Part shown: positions 12,197-26,690 of the stretch, piece after piece
Numbering within the stretch: position 1 is the stretch's first letter
How the letters are laid out: the number at the start of each line of letters is the position of its first letter
Assembly (NCBI GenBank): GCA_044892505.1
Contig: CM097882.1
Location: 104,284,001-104,348,000, forward strand
Length of the DNA stretch: 64,000 nt
Direction of reading: 5' to 3'
From: Schmidtea nova
Lineage: Eukaryota
Made by a program: the position numbers and the translations under genes
Notes under the pieces: model-generated
The model's input: only the letters and a program-made list of their open reading frames with translations
Told to the model about the DNA's origin: nothing
Database searches by the model: none

Positions 12197-13994
12197 CAAT
12201 CAATACTATTTACAAGTTGTATTTATATATCAAAAATCAACCAATTTAATAACCAACCATTTTATTGACCAACCAATGATTGAAAGTTTTGCTAAACTGT
12301 TACATTGAAATAATGATGATAAGTGACATTGAAAATTAGGTAACAGTATATTTATTATTATTAGAAATATGTTCAAGTAATGAGCTTTTGCACATTAAAA
12401 CCATCACAGAATAGGTTCTGCTACTAGGGTTCTGCTCGCAATGTTTTGCTACTAAATGTTCTGTCACTATGATAAATACATGAAAGATTATCATACTATT
12501 GAGATAATCATACAAATTATTCTTAAATTATAGTACAAATATATCAAAAATATATGAAATATACAATACATACTTGAAATATTATCACAAAGTATCATTA
12601 CATACATGAAATAACATTATACTATTGTGCAAATTACATACAAAATATCATCATCATACTGAAATTACATAAAAAAATCACCAAAATTACACACAAAATA
12701 TGAAAAGTACATAAAAATTCGTCACATACAAAAACATTACATATATAGTGTGTATCAAGTGTGTATACACACTTGATAAAGGCTGTGCCGAAATATTGTG
12801 TTATTGTTTATAAAAAATTTTGATCTATAGCNNNNNNNNNNNNNNNNNNNNNNNNNNNNNNNNNNNNNNNNNNNNNNNNNNNNNNNNNNNNNNNNNNNNN
12901 NNNNNNNNNNNNNNNNNNNNNNNNNNNNNNNNNNNNNNNNNNNNNNNNNNNNNNNNNNNNNNNNNNNNNNNNNNNNNNNNNNNNNNNNNNNNNNNNNNNN
13001 NNNNNNNNNNNNNNNNNNNNNNNNNNNNNNNNNNNNNNTTTTTTTATCATTTCTATTATTCTTATATTTATATTAATGACAATAAGATTAGTATTATTAA
13101 TAATATTGCTATTTTTGTAATAATATCATTATTCTTGTATAATTTTATAGTTAATATAATTATAATTAATAATATTGTTATTATTCTTAAAAGTAGTTTT
13201 TATTAAAAGNNNNNNNNNNNNNNNNNNNNNNNNNNNNNNNNNNNNNNNNNNNNNNNNNNNNNNNNNNNNNNNNNNNNNNNNNNNNNNNNNNNNNNNNNNN
13301 NNNNNNNNNNNNNNNNNNNNNNNNNNNNNNNNNNNNNNNNNNNNNNNNNNNNNNNNNNNNNNNNNNNNNNNNNNNNNNNNNNNNNNNNNNNNNNNNNNNN
13401 NNNNNNNNNNNNNNNNNNNNNNNNNNNNNNNNNNNNNNNNNNNNNNNNNNNNNNNNNNNNNNNNNNNNNNNNNNNNNNNNNNNNNNNNNNNNNNNNNNNN
13501 NNNNNNNNNNNNNNNNNNNNNNNNNNNNNNNNNNNNNNNNNNNNNNNNNNNNNNNNNNNNNNNNNNNNNNNTTTTTTTATCATTACTATTATTCTTATAT
13601 TTATATTAATGACAATAAGATTAGTATTATTAATAATATTGCTATTTTTGCAATAATATCATTATTCTTGTATAATTTTATAGTTAATATAATTATAATT
13701 AATAATATTGTTATTATTCTTAAAAGTAGTTATTATTAAAAGGTTATTAGNNNNNNNNNNNNNNNNNNNNNNNNNNNNNNNNNNNNNNNNNNNNNNNNNN
13801 NNNNNNNNNNNNNNNNNNNNNNNNNNNNNNNNNNNNNNNNNNNNNNNNNNNNNNNNNNNNNNNNNNNNNNNNNNNNNNCATTAACATTAACATTAACATT
13901 AACATTAACATTTTTATTATTAATTTTTCATTATTATTATTTTTCTTGTAATATTTTTCACATTATTTTTCTTTTTCTTCTTTTTCTTCTATTT

Positions 13995-14025
<31 letters not shown>

Positions 14026-14204
14026 TTTTTATTATTTTTTTTTATTTTTATAAAGTTCAGTGAACTAAAATTAAATTGTATATCGAAAGTTATCAGTTGA
14101 AAAATATGTGGAACAGCCATTCGAAATGTTAGTCACTTAATTAAAACAAAAAATGCAATTCATTTTAAATTAAAATATTATCATATCTCTTGGTACAGGT
14201 AATA

Positions 14205-14600
14205 ATAATGGTATGTGTATGTTTTTACCTTAGCAACAACTTCCTCGGGGACTCTATATTGATGTGTGTCTTTACCTTAACTACAGGTTCCACGGGGAAT
14301 ACACCTTAATGTGTTTTTTTACGACAGCAATAGGTTCCTCGGGGATTATATATATGTGTGTTTACCCTGGCAATAGGCTCTAAGAGCACTCCATATTGAC
14401 GTGCGGTTTATCTTAGTAACGGGTTCCACACGGAATACACCCTAATGTGTGTATTTACGTTAGCAACAGGTTCCTCGAATGGTGTGTGTTGAACCTAGCA
14501 ACATCTTTCCCGGATACTAAATATTGATTTGCGTGCGTGTTTAACTTAGCAACCGTTGCTATGTGAAAAAACTGTACTCGAGTCCTCACTATTCCCTACT
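14205..14600 (-). mobile_element. Polinton-type terminus with ~45-50-bp subterminal repeats (cttagcaac core)
   Basis: Ends gtcctcactattccctact, nearly identical to the end of the complete Polinton (gtcctcactatcccctact, 62608-62626). It truncates a hAT transposase. Confidence 0.75.
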
Positions 14601-15250
14601 TAGAAACTGTTAGTAAAATATTTAAAGAAGTAACTAAATTATGGAAAAGTACTTCTAAGTTTTTTTCAAAAATAATATATAATGTTTCGATTGGAAACAA
14701 AATTGAAAAATTTTCAAACCCTTCCGATAATTGAATCACATTTATATCGGATTCTTCTTCTTTAGAAGAATGTTTTTCTAAATCGCAGCATTTTGTTGTT
14801 AAATTTGTTGAAACTATCAGGTTTATATCAGAAATATTATGTAGGGATTCACAAGTTTTGTTGTGCTTTGATATCTGATTAAATCTATCCTTACTGATTG
14901 TAAAGCCTGATCTATTGCTTTGAAATAGAATTCCACTTTGAATTTATGTTTGGGATCTAAAGTTATTTCATCTCTTCTCTCGTACGAAAAGAGTGGAAGC
15001 TTTCGACGACTTCTTATGGTCGAAGCTGGAGGAAATTAAGCTATTACATCAAAATTTCGGGCAATTTCTTCCTCCTCTGAAACAAAGTTTTCGAAACTGT
15101 CATCACTTCGCAAACCATTCAAAAGCTCTTTTGTGGAAATTAGTATTTGGATTGCTGTGGTTAAATAAATATTTAGACTTTGAAGATATTTGCTAAAAAG
15201 ATTATTTTTTTTTAAAATAGAGTACCAAACAAGTAAAGAGAAAATAAAAT
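14601..15250 (-). pseudogene. hAT (ZMYM1-like) transposase C-terminal fragment, broken by the Polinton terminus at the start of the hATC dimerisation domain
   Basis: Across frameshifts: LQSLNIYLTTA..LRSDDSFENF..RKLPLFSYE..DPKHKFKVEFYFKAIDQALQS..RFNQ..FHNLVTSLNILLTVS. Confidence 0.7.
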
Positions 15251-15827
15251 CAAATCTGAGAAAATGAGTAACTTTCTTTCTCATTTTCACAAAAATATAT
15301 TTTGGTGTGTTGTTGCTGAAAAACTTACAATACTATTATCCATCGCTCGTTCTTACACTCTAGGATCACAACACATATACATAAAAAAATTTACTGCCTA
15401 TGCACCCGTAAATACTTTAATTATTTACGTTGGTATTGTGCATGAAAGGTGAGTTCGGATCGACAGGTGAGTTCCTTTACAAGAACTATTCTCGATTTGC
15501 CACTGACGGTTCCCTAAGACCGATAGAAAGTCATACTTTACTCCCTTTTCTCACCTTTGCGCTGGTCTCTCATTTCGGGTATCATTCTCTTAATTATCTG
15601 TACCGATTCCTTCTCATTTATTCGTCGGAACACTAATCTTAATTACAGAAAAAACCGGATGAAATTAAAATTTAAGGCAAAACAAAACACCGGATAACAT
15701 CGATTTATACATGTAATTAATCACTACTACAGATTACATAAATTATAATTAGTTGTCCATTATTCACATTACAGATGATCACTGGGATCATTCGAAGAAG
15801 TAGAGTTCTCTTTTTCCAGTCGTTATC

Positions 15828-16247
15828 TCATTCTACGTCGGCGTGGAGCATGAGTGCGTCGTCGTTTCCTTGTCGTTTTATTTGTATCTTATGGAGTGGC
15901 GCTGTTACTTTCTGTAGGATTGGTACCGGGTACCAATCTGATAGGGTTATTGGCCATATTAATTCCTTCACGTCGTCTGCCACAAATCGCTGAGTAATTA
16001 TAATTATCTTCCTACAGTTTCTTAACTCGATTTTCATGGCTTCAAACTCCAACTTGTAATCTTCCGTAGCCCGAACCGCCCTTAATAGTTTGTCCTGCAC
16101 TGCCTTCATTTCAGCCGGTAAAAAATAACTACTCTCCAAATTCAATATTCTACGCTTTAAGTTTCCAATGATTTTCAGGGATGATTTCAGGTCCATTTCT
16201 CCCTTTAAATGTTGTTCGTTATCTTCTTGAGGAAACTCCGAATACAT
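15828..16247 (-). CDS. Hypothetical protein or exon (139 aa, coiled-coil-like)
   Basis: Open frame preceded by an acceptor-like ttttag; no family recognised. Confidence 0.4.
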   Translation of the reverse strand: MYSEFPQEDNEQHLKGEMDLKSSLKIIGNLKRRILNLESSYFLPAEMKAVQDKLLRAVRATEDYKLEFEAMKIELRNCRKIIIITQRFVADDVKELIWPITLSDWYPVPILQKVTAPLHKIQIKRQGNDDALMLHADVE

Positions 16248-16524
16248 TTAGTCTAAAATTATTTGATGGGTTATAGTTAGATATAGGGTTGATGAGCATT
16301 TATTCTGATATAATACAGATAAATGACACAGAAAATATAAGTTCGTCCACCACGATCATTCAATGTTTATCAGTTCGAGGCTAAAGGGCAGTGAGGAGAA
16401 TCGGTGGGCTCGCTAAATTAGGCCAAACTAAAAACAAACCGTCCTATCTGTCCGAACTCTTCTTGTGGTATCTTCCCGGTGTGGCGGATGATGAATTCAC
16501 CCAGAATCTTGCTCGGGGATTCTA

Positions 16525-16830
16525 CTAAATATTTGAGACAATCATAAGGTATTCTCGTTCGAGGTCGATCGGCCACTCCTGGCTTCCGTGCCAGATGACC
16601 TCATCAAGGCTATCTCTAAAAAGACTGAACGATGGTACCTCTCCGGTACTTGCAAACGCTTGGTGATGGTCGTTTACGATCTCCTTGACTAGATCCATGG
16701 GAATGCACTTTAATGGCATTGCCAAAATCAAGTGATTATCATACACAAGGGGTCGTTGATTGGGTTCCCTATTCGGGGCCGATTCCTCCTCTTTCACCAT
16801 GACCAAGTTTATCTGTTGGTATTTGATCAT
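16525..16830 (-). CDS. Hypothetical protein or exon (101 aa)
   Basis: Open frame with ttag before the ATG. LFRDSLDEVIWHG weakly resembles LFPSWDEVIMDG at ~5220-5260 (+). Confidence 0.4.
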   Translation of the reverse strand: MIKYQQINLVMVKEEESAPNREPNQRPLVYDNHLILAMPLKCIPMDLVKEIVNDHHQAFASTGEVPSFSLFRDSLDEVIWHGSQEWPIDLEREYLMIVSNI

Positions 16831-18845
16831 CTAATATAATAATAATAAGCTTAAGTTATGATTTCTAGTAATTTATTTTCCAGTCACTTGTTATTCACCT
16901 TTTGAATTACCCTTTTTGCTATTGTTATAATTTAATTTAGATTTTTTGAGTCTTATATCAAATCAATTCTCAGATCGTCCCCCCCCATTTTCCTCTTTTG
17001 TAACTATAACAAGTATTCCCTTCGCCTTTGAGGATACTTATAAGGTAATTATTCAATTTTATTCTATAATGGGAATCGATATTATTATAAATCGGCATTC
17101 GGCAATAAGAATAATTACATAATTTCAATTTTACTGCAGTTGATTTTCCCGACTCCTTTCTCTCATCTCGTCTCTAGTAATTGACTAAAAAAATCAGCTT
17201 AATGAATTTCACGACTGCTTTCAAATGGAAAATACATTATCGAAATTGGGACGGACTCCCCCTCTTCTCAGTCGACTCGGCATAATCCATTAGCGGGAAA
17301 TAGGTAAGTACTTTTAGATAACACTATTTCCCTCACCATAAAATCACCAGCTGGTGCTTAACCGCGAAAATGTACTTCTCACTAAAGGAATCGGTTCGCT
17401 CTGCTTGTCTGGTCTGAAACAGGAAATTCGTTTCTCTTCACAAAGATGTATTCAGCTACATTCATTCGGCACAGGGGAATCTCTTTCTATACATTTATTT
17501 CACATATTATTTATCTACTGCACCCTGATCTATCTCCTACTAAGAAATTTTACGCTAGTCGATGCAAGCTTATTGACATGGTTTCACTTTTCACGGATTA
17601 CCAGGCAACATGTAGATCCATTAATTCCTTGGAGCTGGTGAGTGAATTCAAATAGATTGATCCGTCGTTATGAGATGATTTGGCTGTATAAAAACGACGC
17701 GTAAAATATTACATAATCATATTACGAACTTACATTAAATTGTTTTGAGGGAAATAATTGACGAACTCGAGGATATCCGTGAAGGAAAATTGAACTATCT
17801 CGGTTGATTCTGGGAATGCGAAGCCTAAAGTTCAACAAGGTGGATTGAAATTATAAATAAGTAAAAGTAAATAATACTAAATTCAATTACTCGAATGAGA
17901 AGAAACGATTGGGGATGTTTGAATTTTCTGCCTCAAAACTAACACCTAAAATCAATAAAATATAATATAGGAAACAATGTTACTATACTGGGATTCGAAC
18001 AATTAGATTTCATTAATTTTGGATTCCGTCTGGCAATATAGATTTTTGAAAAATTAAATGCAAATTATCTTGGAAAAAACGAAAAGGGGCGTGTAAGAAT
18101 TAAATTCCTAATATAATATTTCACTTAGAATTTTAAAAATAAAATAAATTTTTTAATTTTAGGTAGAAATTTAAAGGTAAAATTATTATAATATTGGTAG
18201 AACCTTGACCGTTGCCGTTACTAAGGCCTCGGCGAAATTTTAAAAATTTTAATAAATCGAATATTTAGTAAAATCATAAATTCAGTCTAACATAGCAAAA
18301 TAGACATTAGGTATAGGGGATAAATAGAGTTTAGTTAAATTTACTAACACAAAAATATATAAATTTTAAAAAAATCAGAAAAATAATAGTAGTTTAGTCA
18401 AAATCAACAGAAATCAAATACCCAGAATAAATGTGTTGATAAAAGATTATTCGATCCCCGAATTGAGATTATGATATTATGTTTGAGTATGAGCTTGGTA
18501 AAAAACTAAAAATTCGAAATCGCTTGTGTTTCTTTGACAATATAATGTATAGTGATTGATGAAAATAATCGATTTTATTGTGCTATAGATTTTGATCGGA
18601 AAAATCGAGAATTTGGTAACAGTAGGGTACGAAAACATCTCGAAAAACCCGAAGAACTTTAATTTTCTCTGAACAAATGATTTTATTAATTTTATTCTGT
18701 TTGTTATTGTGTTAGATATATGTTATATATGTCCTTGCGTGAATTGTTGATATTTTGATATAGATTATTTATTTCGAAAGTCCGATTAAAATATTATGGA
18801 ATGGTTATAGATAGATTGTTGAAGGACGGACAAAAATGGGCATTA

Positions 18846-19385
18846 AACCTTCTATCGGTAGCCCTTGGACCCAGGATATATTCGGTCAATCATAGTTTCG
18901 AATTTCCGACGCTCACTGATTGCGAATATCCACCCATTTGTTGCATTACCAACGTTACATTGTGACGGGCAACAAGATGGTTAATCTAATGTTTTTAATG
19001 TTGAGTTGTTGATGTGATCCATAGCAACGTCAAGGTCATACTGGCGGTCAACAACCCACCAGTACTAATAAATTCATATTGATGTGATTAATTAGTTTAA
19101 ATTTCTGATTAAAACCTTATCGAATATTTATCATTTGTTTGTTGAAAATAGGACAAAATGTATACTAAACCTTCTTTCGGTAGCCCTTGAACTCACGGTG
19201 ATGTTCGGTCATTCATAGTTTCGATTTTTCGACACTCATTGTTTGCGGACATTCACTCATTTGTTGCATTACCAGCGTTACTCTGTGACGGGACAAGATG
19301 GTTTGAACTAATGTTGTCTGTATTGAGTTGTCGACGTGAGCCACATCAACGTCAAGGTCATACTGACGGTCCACAACCCACCATT
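18846..19385 (+). repeat. Copies B and C (tandem, ~320-bp period) of the conserved hairpin element
   Basis: 18846-19075 and 19167-19385 align with each other and with the reverse complement of 1284-1481. Confidence 0.85.
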
Positions 19386-19872
19386 TGTATCGCTTCCAAA
19401 TTTTTAAATTGCACCACTTTTTATAATTTTAATTTTTTGTAAAAACCCTTTTATTATTATTATTATGGTTAATTGCATAATATATGTTGAGTTACTGTAA
19501 TAACTGAAAAAAATAGTAAATGACATTAAAATTTTTATTACTCTAAGTTTCTAAGTTAAATTAATCTTAATTTTTAAATCAATTTTTATAAATATAATTA
19601 TAAAAATTGAAATAAATTGAAAAATATCTATATTTAAATAAATAAAATGGTAAATTTCGGTTTAACTTTATATTATTTAATTTTTTAATTAATTACTTTT
19701 TTACGTCTTGTTTAACTATTACTTTTAAATTGACTTTCCAATTGACTTTTCCTTCATTAATATTTAATTGAATCAATAACAAGTTATTGATTTATTTTAA
19801 TTTAATGACTTTTTAAATGTTTTTTTAATAGTAAAAGCAACTATAATTCTGAAGTTTTCTCTCTCTCTCTAA

Positions 19873-21316
19873 ATGGATCGAAAGGACTTTTCAAAGAAGG
19901 CTTCATTTTTTAAAACTAAATCAAAACCCGAGAAAAAAGAAAAACGCGAAAAGGAATCATTAAAACCAAGTCCAAGTGACACAAGTCTTTCCGAAAATGA
20001 GATAAATGATAAATTTGAAAAACTACTCGATGATATGAACATTCCACTTGACAAACGGAATGTGCTCCGTGAGAAACCTCAAGAACAGAAACTAGTGATG
20101 CTCAACTCCCGCATAACCTCACAAACAAAACCTGTTACATATTATGTAGATTTATTAAAACAAATTATCTCTGGAAATCTTACTGAATCGAAAATCTGTG
20201 AAAATCTCGATCAAATTCGAATATGTTTAAACAGCAATCCCGTTTCATGGATTAAAGAATTCGACAATCAAACAAATGATGGATTAAACTTGCTGTTAGC
20301 CGTTCTCAGTACACTGACAGAAACTGCTGACAGTTCCATTGTCTGCTTAAAATGTTTTCGTGCATTTGCTAACTGTGGATACGGTCTATTGAAACTTATG
20401 GATAGTGACAACGCTTATCTATTTATTGCACGATGTTTGCGGCCACAGAATATCCATTTGATGTATGTTGCTGTGGAAATATTGACAATTCTCACTTTTT
20501 TCGATTATAAATCCTATCAAAAAGTCATCGATGCATTGTTTAAAGCAGCAAAATTGAACAACTATGACAATCGGTTCATTCCACTGATTGAAAGTGCGAA
20601 AAAAAACGCCCAAATGGAAAACGAAAATGAATCATTAAGTTTGGCAACAATTCGGTTTATTAACGTTATTATTTCGCCACCGTTTCTCAATTCAAATGAT
20701 TCACCTCAATTAGATGAGTACTATCGGTTGCACTTGCGAAAGGAATTCGTTAATAACGGACTGATGCAAGTGTTCGATGAGTTGTTGTGTAATCCAAATT
20801 TGAAACTGACTCATGAACAAATCAATCAATTTCTATCAGAATATGAAACCGAAGAGGAAGATGTCAATGAAAAATCTGAAACGATCATTCGAGCATTCGG
20901 TGATGCTAGTGACATTTTCCGGATTATCAATCGTTCGGTGGCCAATACAAAATGTGAAGTCAATTTTCGATCGATTCTTGCGAATTTGCTCATCATTCGT
21001 GATGATGCGATTAGGGATGATTTGTTCCGGTTTATTGATGAAATTGTCCAGGAAATCATATTGCAAGACGATAGTGGTTTCTGTCCGGATCCAACGCTGA
21101 AGAAATTTGATAAAATAAATTTGAAAAAGTTTTACGATGGAAGTCAGGTTGAAGAATTGAAACGGCAACTGGATAATGAACGCTTGAAGAAAGATGAGTT
21201 GAAAATCAAATTGGAATTGTATAAAACGAAAGAGAAACTCGATGACAGTCAAACGGGTAATGCTTTCAAGAAAGCTAAAGAACTCTTAGGAAATGCTGAA
21301 AGTCAAAAAAATATTG
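19873..21316 (+). CDS. dia: Diaphanous-related formin, exon 1 (GBD/FH3-DID region)
   Basis: KFEKLLDDMNIPLDKR, LDQIRICLNSNPVSWIKEF, CLKCFRAFANCGYG, RLHLRKEF; the phase-1 donor ATTG|gtagat at 21316/21317 matches the phase of exon 2. Confidence 0.93.
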
Positions 21317-24300
21317 GTAGATTTCTTTTTAAATTTGTTTTTCTCATTTCAAATGGAAAAAAATGATTTTTATTTATTTAAATAATTATACAGTTCCATT
21401 ATAAGAGCGCTCGGAAAATTTTTAAATTTTGCATATAAAATTTGCTTTGCTCAAGATTTTTATTTTGAAAAATACATAATTACAAGTAGATCTTATTTTG
21501 CTATTTAGCAAAATATTTAAATTCAAAAAATGCGAGGGCTGGTAAGGATTATGAAACTAACTCTGGTGTCCTTATGCTTTTTTCATCCTTATAATTCAAT
21601 AAAAAACAATCAGGGAAATAATATTGACATAATAATAGCATAGTAACACAAATAGGGTCATTTTCGAACATTAGCCCTCTTAAACTCAAGTAGTATCAAT
21701 TTAAAAAAATTTTGCCAGTGGTTTTTACAACCCAGTCAAAAGAATAGAATGAACTTTCTGCTCATCATTATCAAGCTTCATAATTCAGGCTCAATTTTTT
21801 TAGCAAAATGAAACAAATTAGAGGAAACTTTGGTTTCAGAACATGATTTAATACACTTTTAACTAAATTTAATTTCAATGAAACGATGAATTATTATATT
21901 GAGACAGATAGAAACTTGGGAGAGATTTTAAATTACCAAATATAAAAAATAAAAAATCTGATGATTTTAATAGCTTAAATTTGACCTTGTTTTTTGAGTT
22001 GTCTTAACACAAAATAACAATTATTTTATCATTTTATTTACTCTTAAAAATTGAATTTGGTTCCTCCCTTGCAAATTCAGTGAGTTTTGTCTCTTTATGT
22101 TTAGTTTAAATAGCATTTAGTTGAAATAGTCACATAGCCCAGGACATTGATTCAGTTGTGTACGTCCGCTAACAAAATACCTAATGATTATATGTCCTCT
22201 ACTAAACAGTCCATGTACAAATCTCAGTCCACATTCCAAATATCCAAAGTATGTGTTCAGTTTATGGCCATGCTGGGTAAACTTTTCATACTGTATACGA
22301 AATCCGAGTATTTCGACTTAATATTTGCCGAATCCAAGTACGAACCTAGTACAATTTGGATCATGGAAATAAATTGTAATAAAATAATTGAAAACGTTAA
22401 ACTCAATTTTTACGAATAAAGTAATTTTTTACTGTTTAATTACGCATAAGAAGAAACTAAGTTATACCACATGGGAAACGCCACTACAACAGATTAAATT
22501 CATTAAATTTTGAGAAAATGAAATGAAATGGAATTCAATACTTTTTGCCTGTGTAAATAATTCCTATAAACCGAAGCAATTCCCGGTTATGTCCTAGAAC
22601 AGTTGTCAAAAAAATAAATATTTAAAAATTAGTTTATTTTGGAAATAGTCTATCTTCGTAATACATTTTTATTAACAACGTTTATTAGAAATATTATTTA
22701 ACTTATTAATTATATAAGTTCTTAAAATGACCCTTATGTCTGTAAATAACGGAACTACATAGTGTTACATAGAGTGTTTCAGGATATGAAATTAGAAGAC
22801 CGAAAAAGGTATTTTACGCAATAAGTCCAAATAGAGAATTCTATGCAACTATATAGGATATTAAGCTGGAAAATTATAATTGGAGCTATTTTTTCCTGAT
22901 AATCTATTATGAAATTTGTAAATATATTTCGAACAAAAAAGAACATATTTTCAAATATGTCGATATGAATAACGCCATTTTTATTGTGATTAATAAGCTA
23001 TTAAAACAATTCAATGATGATCAAAGCAGAAAAGTTTCCATATTCACAAGTAATAAATGCAATTGAAGGAGCATTTATTTTATTATGGATTTCTATCCGT
23101 AAAATATATTTTGTGTTATCTTTAACCATCAACTTAAAATAAATTATATTAATTTTATAAGATTTTTTAAGATTATTAAAAAAGCTCAATTCGAACTTGG
23201 TGTTATAATGGAATTTTAATAATCCGATAACTCAATGCACTTCAGCTGTATGTATGTACATGCTGACACGTGTGTGTACATTCTGACACGTATGTGTCAT
23301 TTATGTAAGTGTGTAGGCGGAAATGCGTGTAAATTATGCTTGTTTTTCCATAATAAATTATGAGCGTGTAGTCCGATATTTAATCTAATCGAGTAGTTTT
23401 TAATATTTTTTTCCGATACTAGTTAATTGATAATTTCATTCGAATTGTTTGTTTATACAAAATAGAAAAACGATTTAATAAACGCATATCAAGTGATCAA
23501 AATAAAAATTATGCGAGTAATAAATTCAAGTTAGGAATTCTTTTACGAATTTTGAATTTTATCTACGAATATTTTAATGGTATATATAATGAAAATGAAG
23601 TAGTTTCGATACACACACATATATATAATGAAAATAGTTCAAAGTTAATTCAGATAATTATTTTTGAAGATTATTAATTAATTTTGATTTTTCCTGAATT
23701 CATAGAGAATGAACACATTTCCCATTTTTTGATTGGTTGTCCTTATAGAACATTATGCCGTTTTTTCCTATTGGTTACTAAGGTAAATTACGACTCCTTC
23801 ACAGAGTTACGCAAATTAATTTTTAAAAGTTACAATAGGTTTTTAAGATCCTGTCATAACTTTATTTTAAACTCCATTAAATGAGTTCTCGCAAGTAGAG
23901 GAGGACACTTAATAACTCATGACAACAAAAATCGATAGTTTTTAAAAAGTCATAAGTTATCACAGTGGTAGGGGCTCGATAATTCATAGTGCCCCAGTAG
24001 TACTAATGTCATGCTGTTTTATATAGTTTCTGATGCAATTATCCGTTTTAACCAAAATGACCTAATAGGTACTTACTTTGACATGCATCTATCTCATAGA
24101 TTGTCAACGTTTCGCCATTATAAATAATACTGTGAATTAATACCTGCCATCTTGTTTAATTCTATTCTTTTTTAATCTTCAAATAATATGTTTTTTGAAG
24201 AGAAAAATATAGAATCCCATATTGTTCGGGTTTATAAGTTTTTGAAGAGGTGTTTAGCTATTTTGACTGTTTTTTGTTTCCCCCTAAGGCACCTATAAAT

Positions 24301-26690
24301 AAAATTCAGTTTCTTATTTTGAAATTTTGACATTTCATACAATTTGAAATTCATTTTACTTTTTTGTCAATTAGAAGTTTTAAATATAAATTCATTACGC
24401 CCCCAAAAAGTATATGCAAATATAGAATCAATGGCAATAACTTCTCTCTCAGAAATGTCATATTTTCTGTAATAGAAATCGATTTTGAACGTTATTTGTT
24501 ATTGTTATGTACATGAAAATCAATATGAACAACTGATATTCAATTTTGAAATCAGAATATTAGATAAAATGCATCGTTTATCACGACTGAATAGCAGATA
24601 TAGAGATGCTATTTGTATTGTAACCATTCAAACTGATAATATACATCACTTTTTGTATCAAATTCTTTCATGTCTAATAAGTTTACAAAATTCAGTTTTG
24701 ATTTTGGCCAGCGATTTATGACACGCAACCGACTGGGGGAACTGCAGTTAAATCTCTAAACATATGTTTTAGGAATTCATTGATTGTCACTCTAATGATA
24801 TAATCAGCATAGAACGATGTCGGATTATTAGCGGTCAGGTTGCTTTCCGGTGTTGAGTTTCTAAGGATTTCTGTGGTATTAATCAATAATACAATGCCCA
24901 GCAAATTGACACAATCTAACAACTGATCTCAATATAAACTTCAACTAAACTATTTCTCATTTTAAATATGTCTTCTAGGAGTAAATTATTTTTTATAATT
25001 CGATGATGCTTAATAATTCTCAAATTCAATAATTCTCTACCGAGACACACGAGTACCTGACCTGGTTTCATTTTTGCCAACCATAGATGATAAATTTTAC
25101 TGATTGTAGCTTTGAAAACTTGCTATTTCCATTATTCTGGGAACCAGATCAACAATCTTTCTATATTTTTTGGTGATTTCTCTATTTGTTTAAAGATAAA
25201 TGTTTACCATTCAACGGCAGTTTAATAGGCCGTTATCATTTCTATCATGCTTTCCATATTAAAATGATTAATACCACATACAAAGTATTAATTAGTTAGT
25301 TTTTTATTTTTACAATTACATTTTCTGGAATCCTTACATTAATTTAAAATTACTGAATTCGTTATTATCTTTTCATTTCCCCCGTCTAATTATTTTTTAA
25401 AAATACTGATTTCTACATATTGAATTAATTTTTACACTCAAATTTTTAATTTTTGCATCTTTTGAATTTATATTTATATCTAAATTAAAATTCATATGGA
25501 TTCTACTTCTGCACTCCTTTCCACAATCCAAGGAATGGATAATTAGCCGCATTTGCGCAATAATGATTCTGCCGTCTTAGTTTTTCTAATAATGTTTAGT
25601 ATTGAGATATGTATTTTAAAGAAAATACATTCTCTTTACAACAATATGCATACAGATTAACTAAAAAATATAACTTAGTATGAGTTTACGAGCTTTTTTC
25701 CTTGCAAATTTCTTATTAATCTTTTATGCTAAGTTTATTCAATTGTAAAAGTAGTCAGCACAAAACTATTTAGACTGTGGACGGTCGCCCGCGTGCGGTG
25801 TATAACTTTTAAAACACTGGAAACGATATTTTTTAAATAAAAATCTAAGTGCGTCGAAACAGCACTATTATTTTGCAATGAACATTGGATTCTTTTTTCT
25901 TGTTATATCAACTTATTATATGCTATTTCCCGGATTCGTCATGTTATCAACCATAGTAATAAATCTGTTGGGTTTTCAATAAAATTAGTCTGATATCAGC
26001 AACGTTCTGACTCGGGTCTTTTCTATAAAATCAATAATACTCATCAAGCAGATTAAATATTTTATTTATCAAATTTCACAAGTTTCTCAAGAATACAACA
26101 ATAGTTTCCGATTACAAATAATAATAATATTCTTTTACAAATCAAATTATTTCACAATGAAATATAATCGCAATTTCGTTCGGGCTCTCAATGACAATTT
26201 CTCCCTCTATTAATTTCTTTAGATATAACTGTCCTCATCAATTATTGTGGCAAAGTTCTCCTACTATGGGTTTCATACAGGAAACCCGGTTGATCTTAAG
26301 TTTTAATTCCGAGCTTGTCATTTTAATTTGTCTTACTGTCAAATTGACTTTTGTTTTTCTCTTTCATAATAATTCAATTAGTTAATATTTTACATTTTAC
26401 CTCCTTGGACCCCTTTTCAATTCAGCATTATTTAATATGCATTTGTCATTTAATATGCATTGTCATCTGTTTCCAGTTTTCCTTCTAAAATATCTTGATT
26501 TTTAAGCCTGTATTTCAATTAATTACTTTTGATAAATTATGTATCTCTTTGATTTCTAATTAACTTAAATTACTTTCTAATTATTTTATATATAAATATC
26601 AAATTTCACAAATCCGAACGCCATGTGCAATAGTTGCGGTTATGAAAATAAACATCAAAATCTATAAATAAAAATATTCATGAGCTATTC

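Noticed and set aside
13039-13750. Direct duplication of an AT-rich ~170-bp block
   Set aside because: Both copies abut N gaps; likely scaffolding redundancy.
18846-19385. The hairpin element as an rRNA, snRNA, RNase MRP, hammerhead or twister
   Set aside because: No complete conserved core was found on either strand; only short chance-like similarities.
24450-26400. Possible degraded LINE fragments in the formin intron
   Set aside because: Only vague motif echoes; no diagnostic reverse transcriptase motif could be read.
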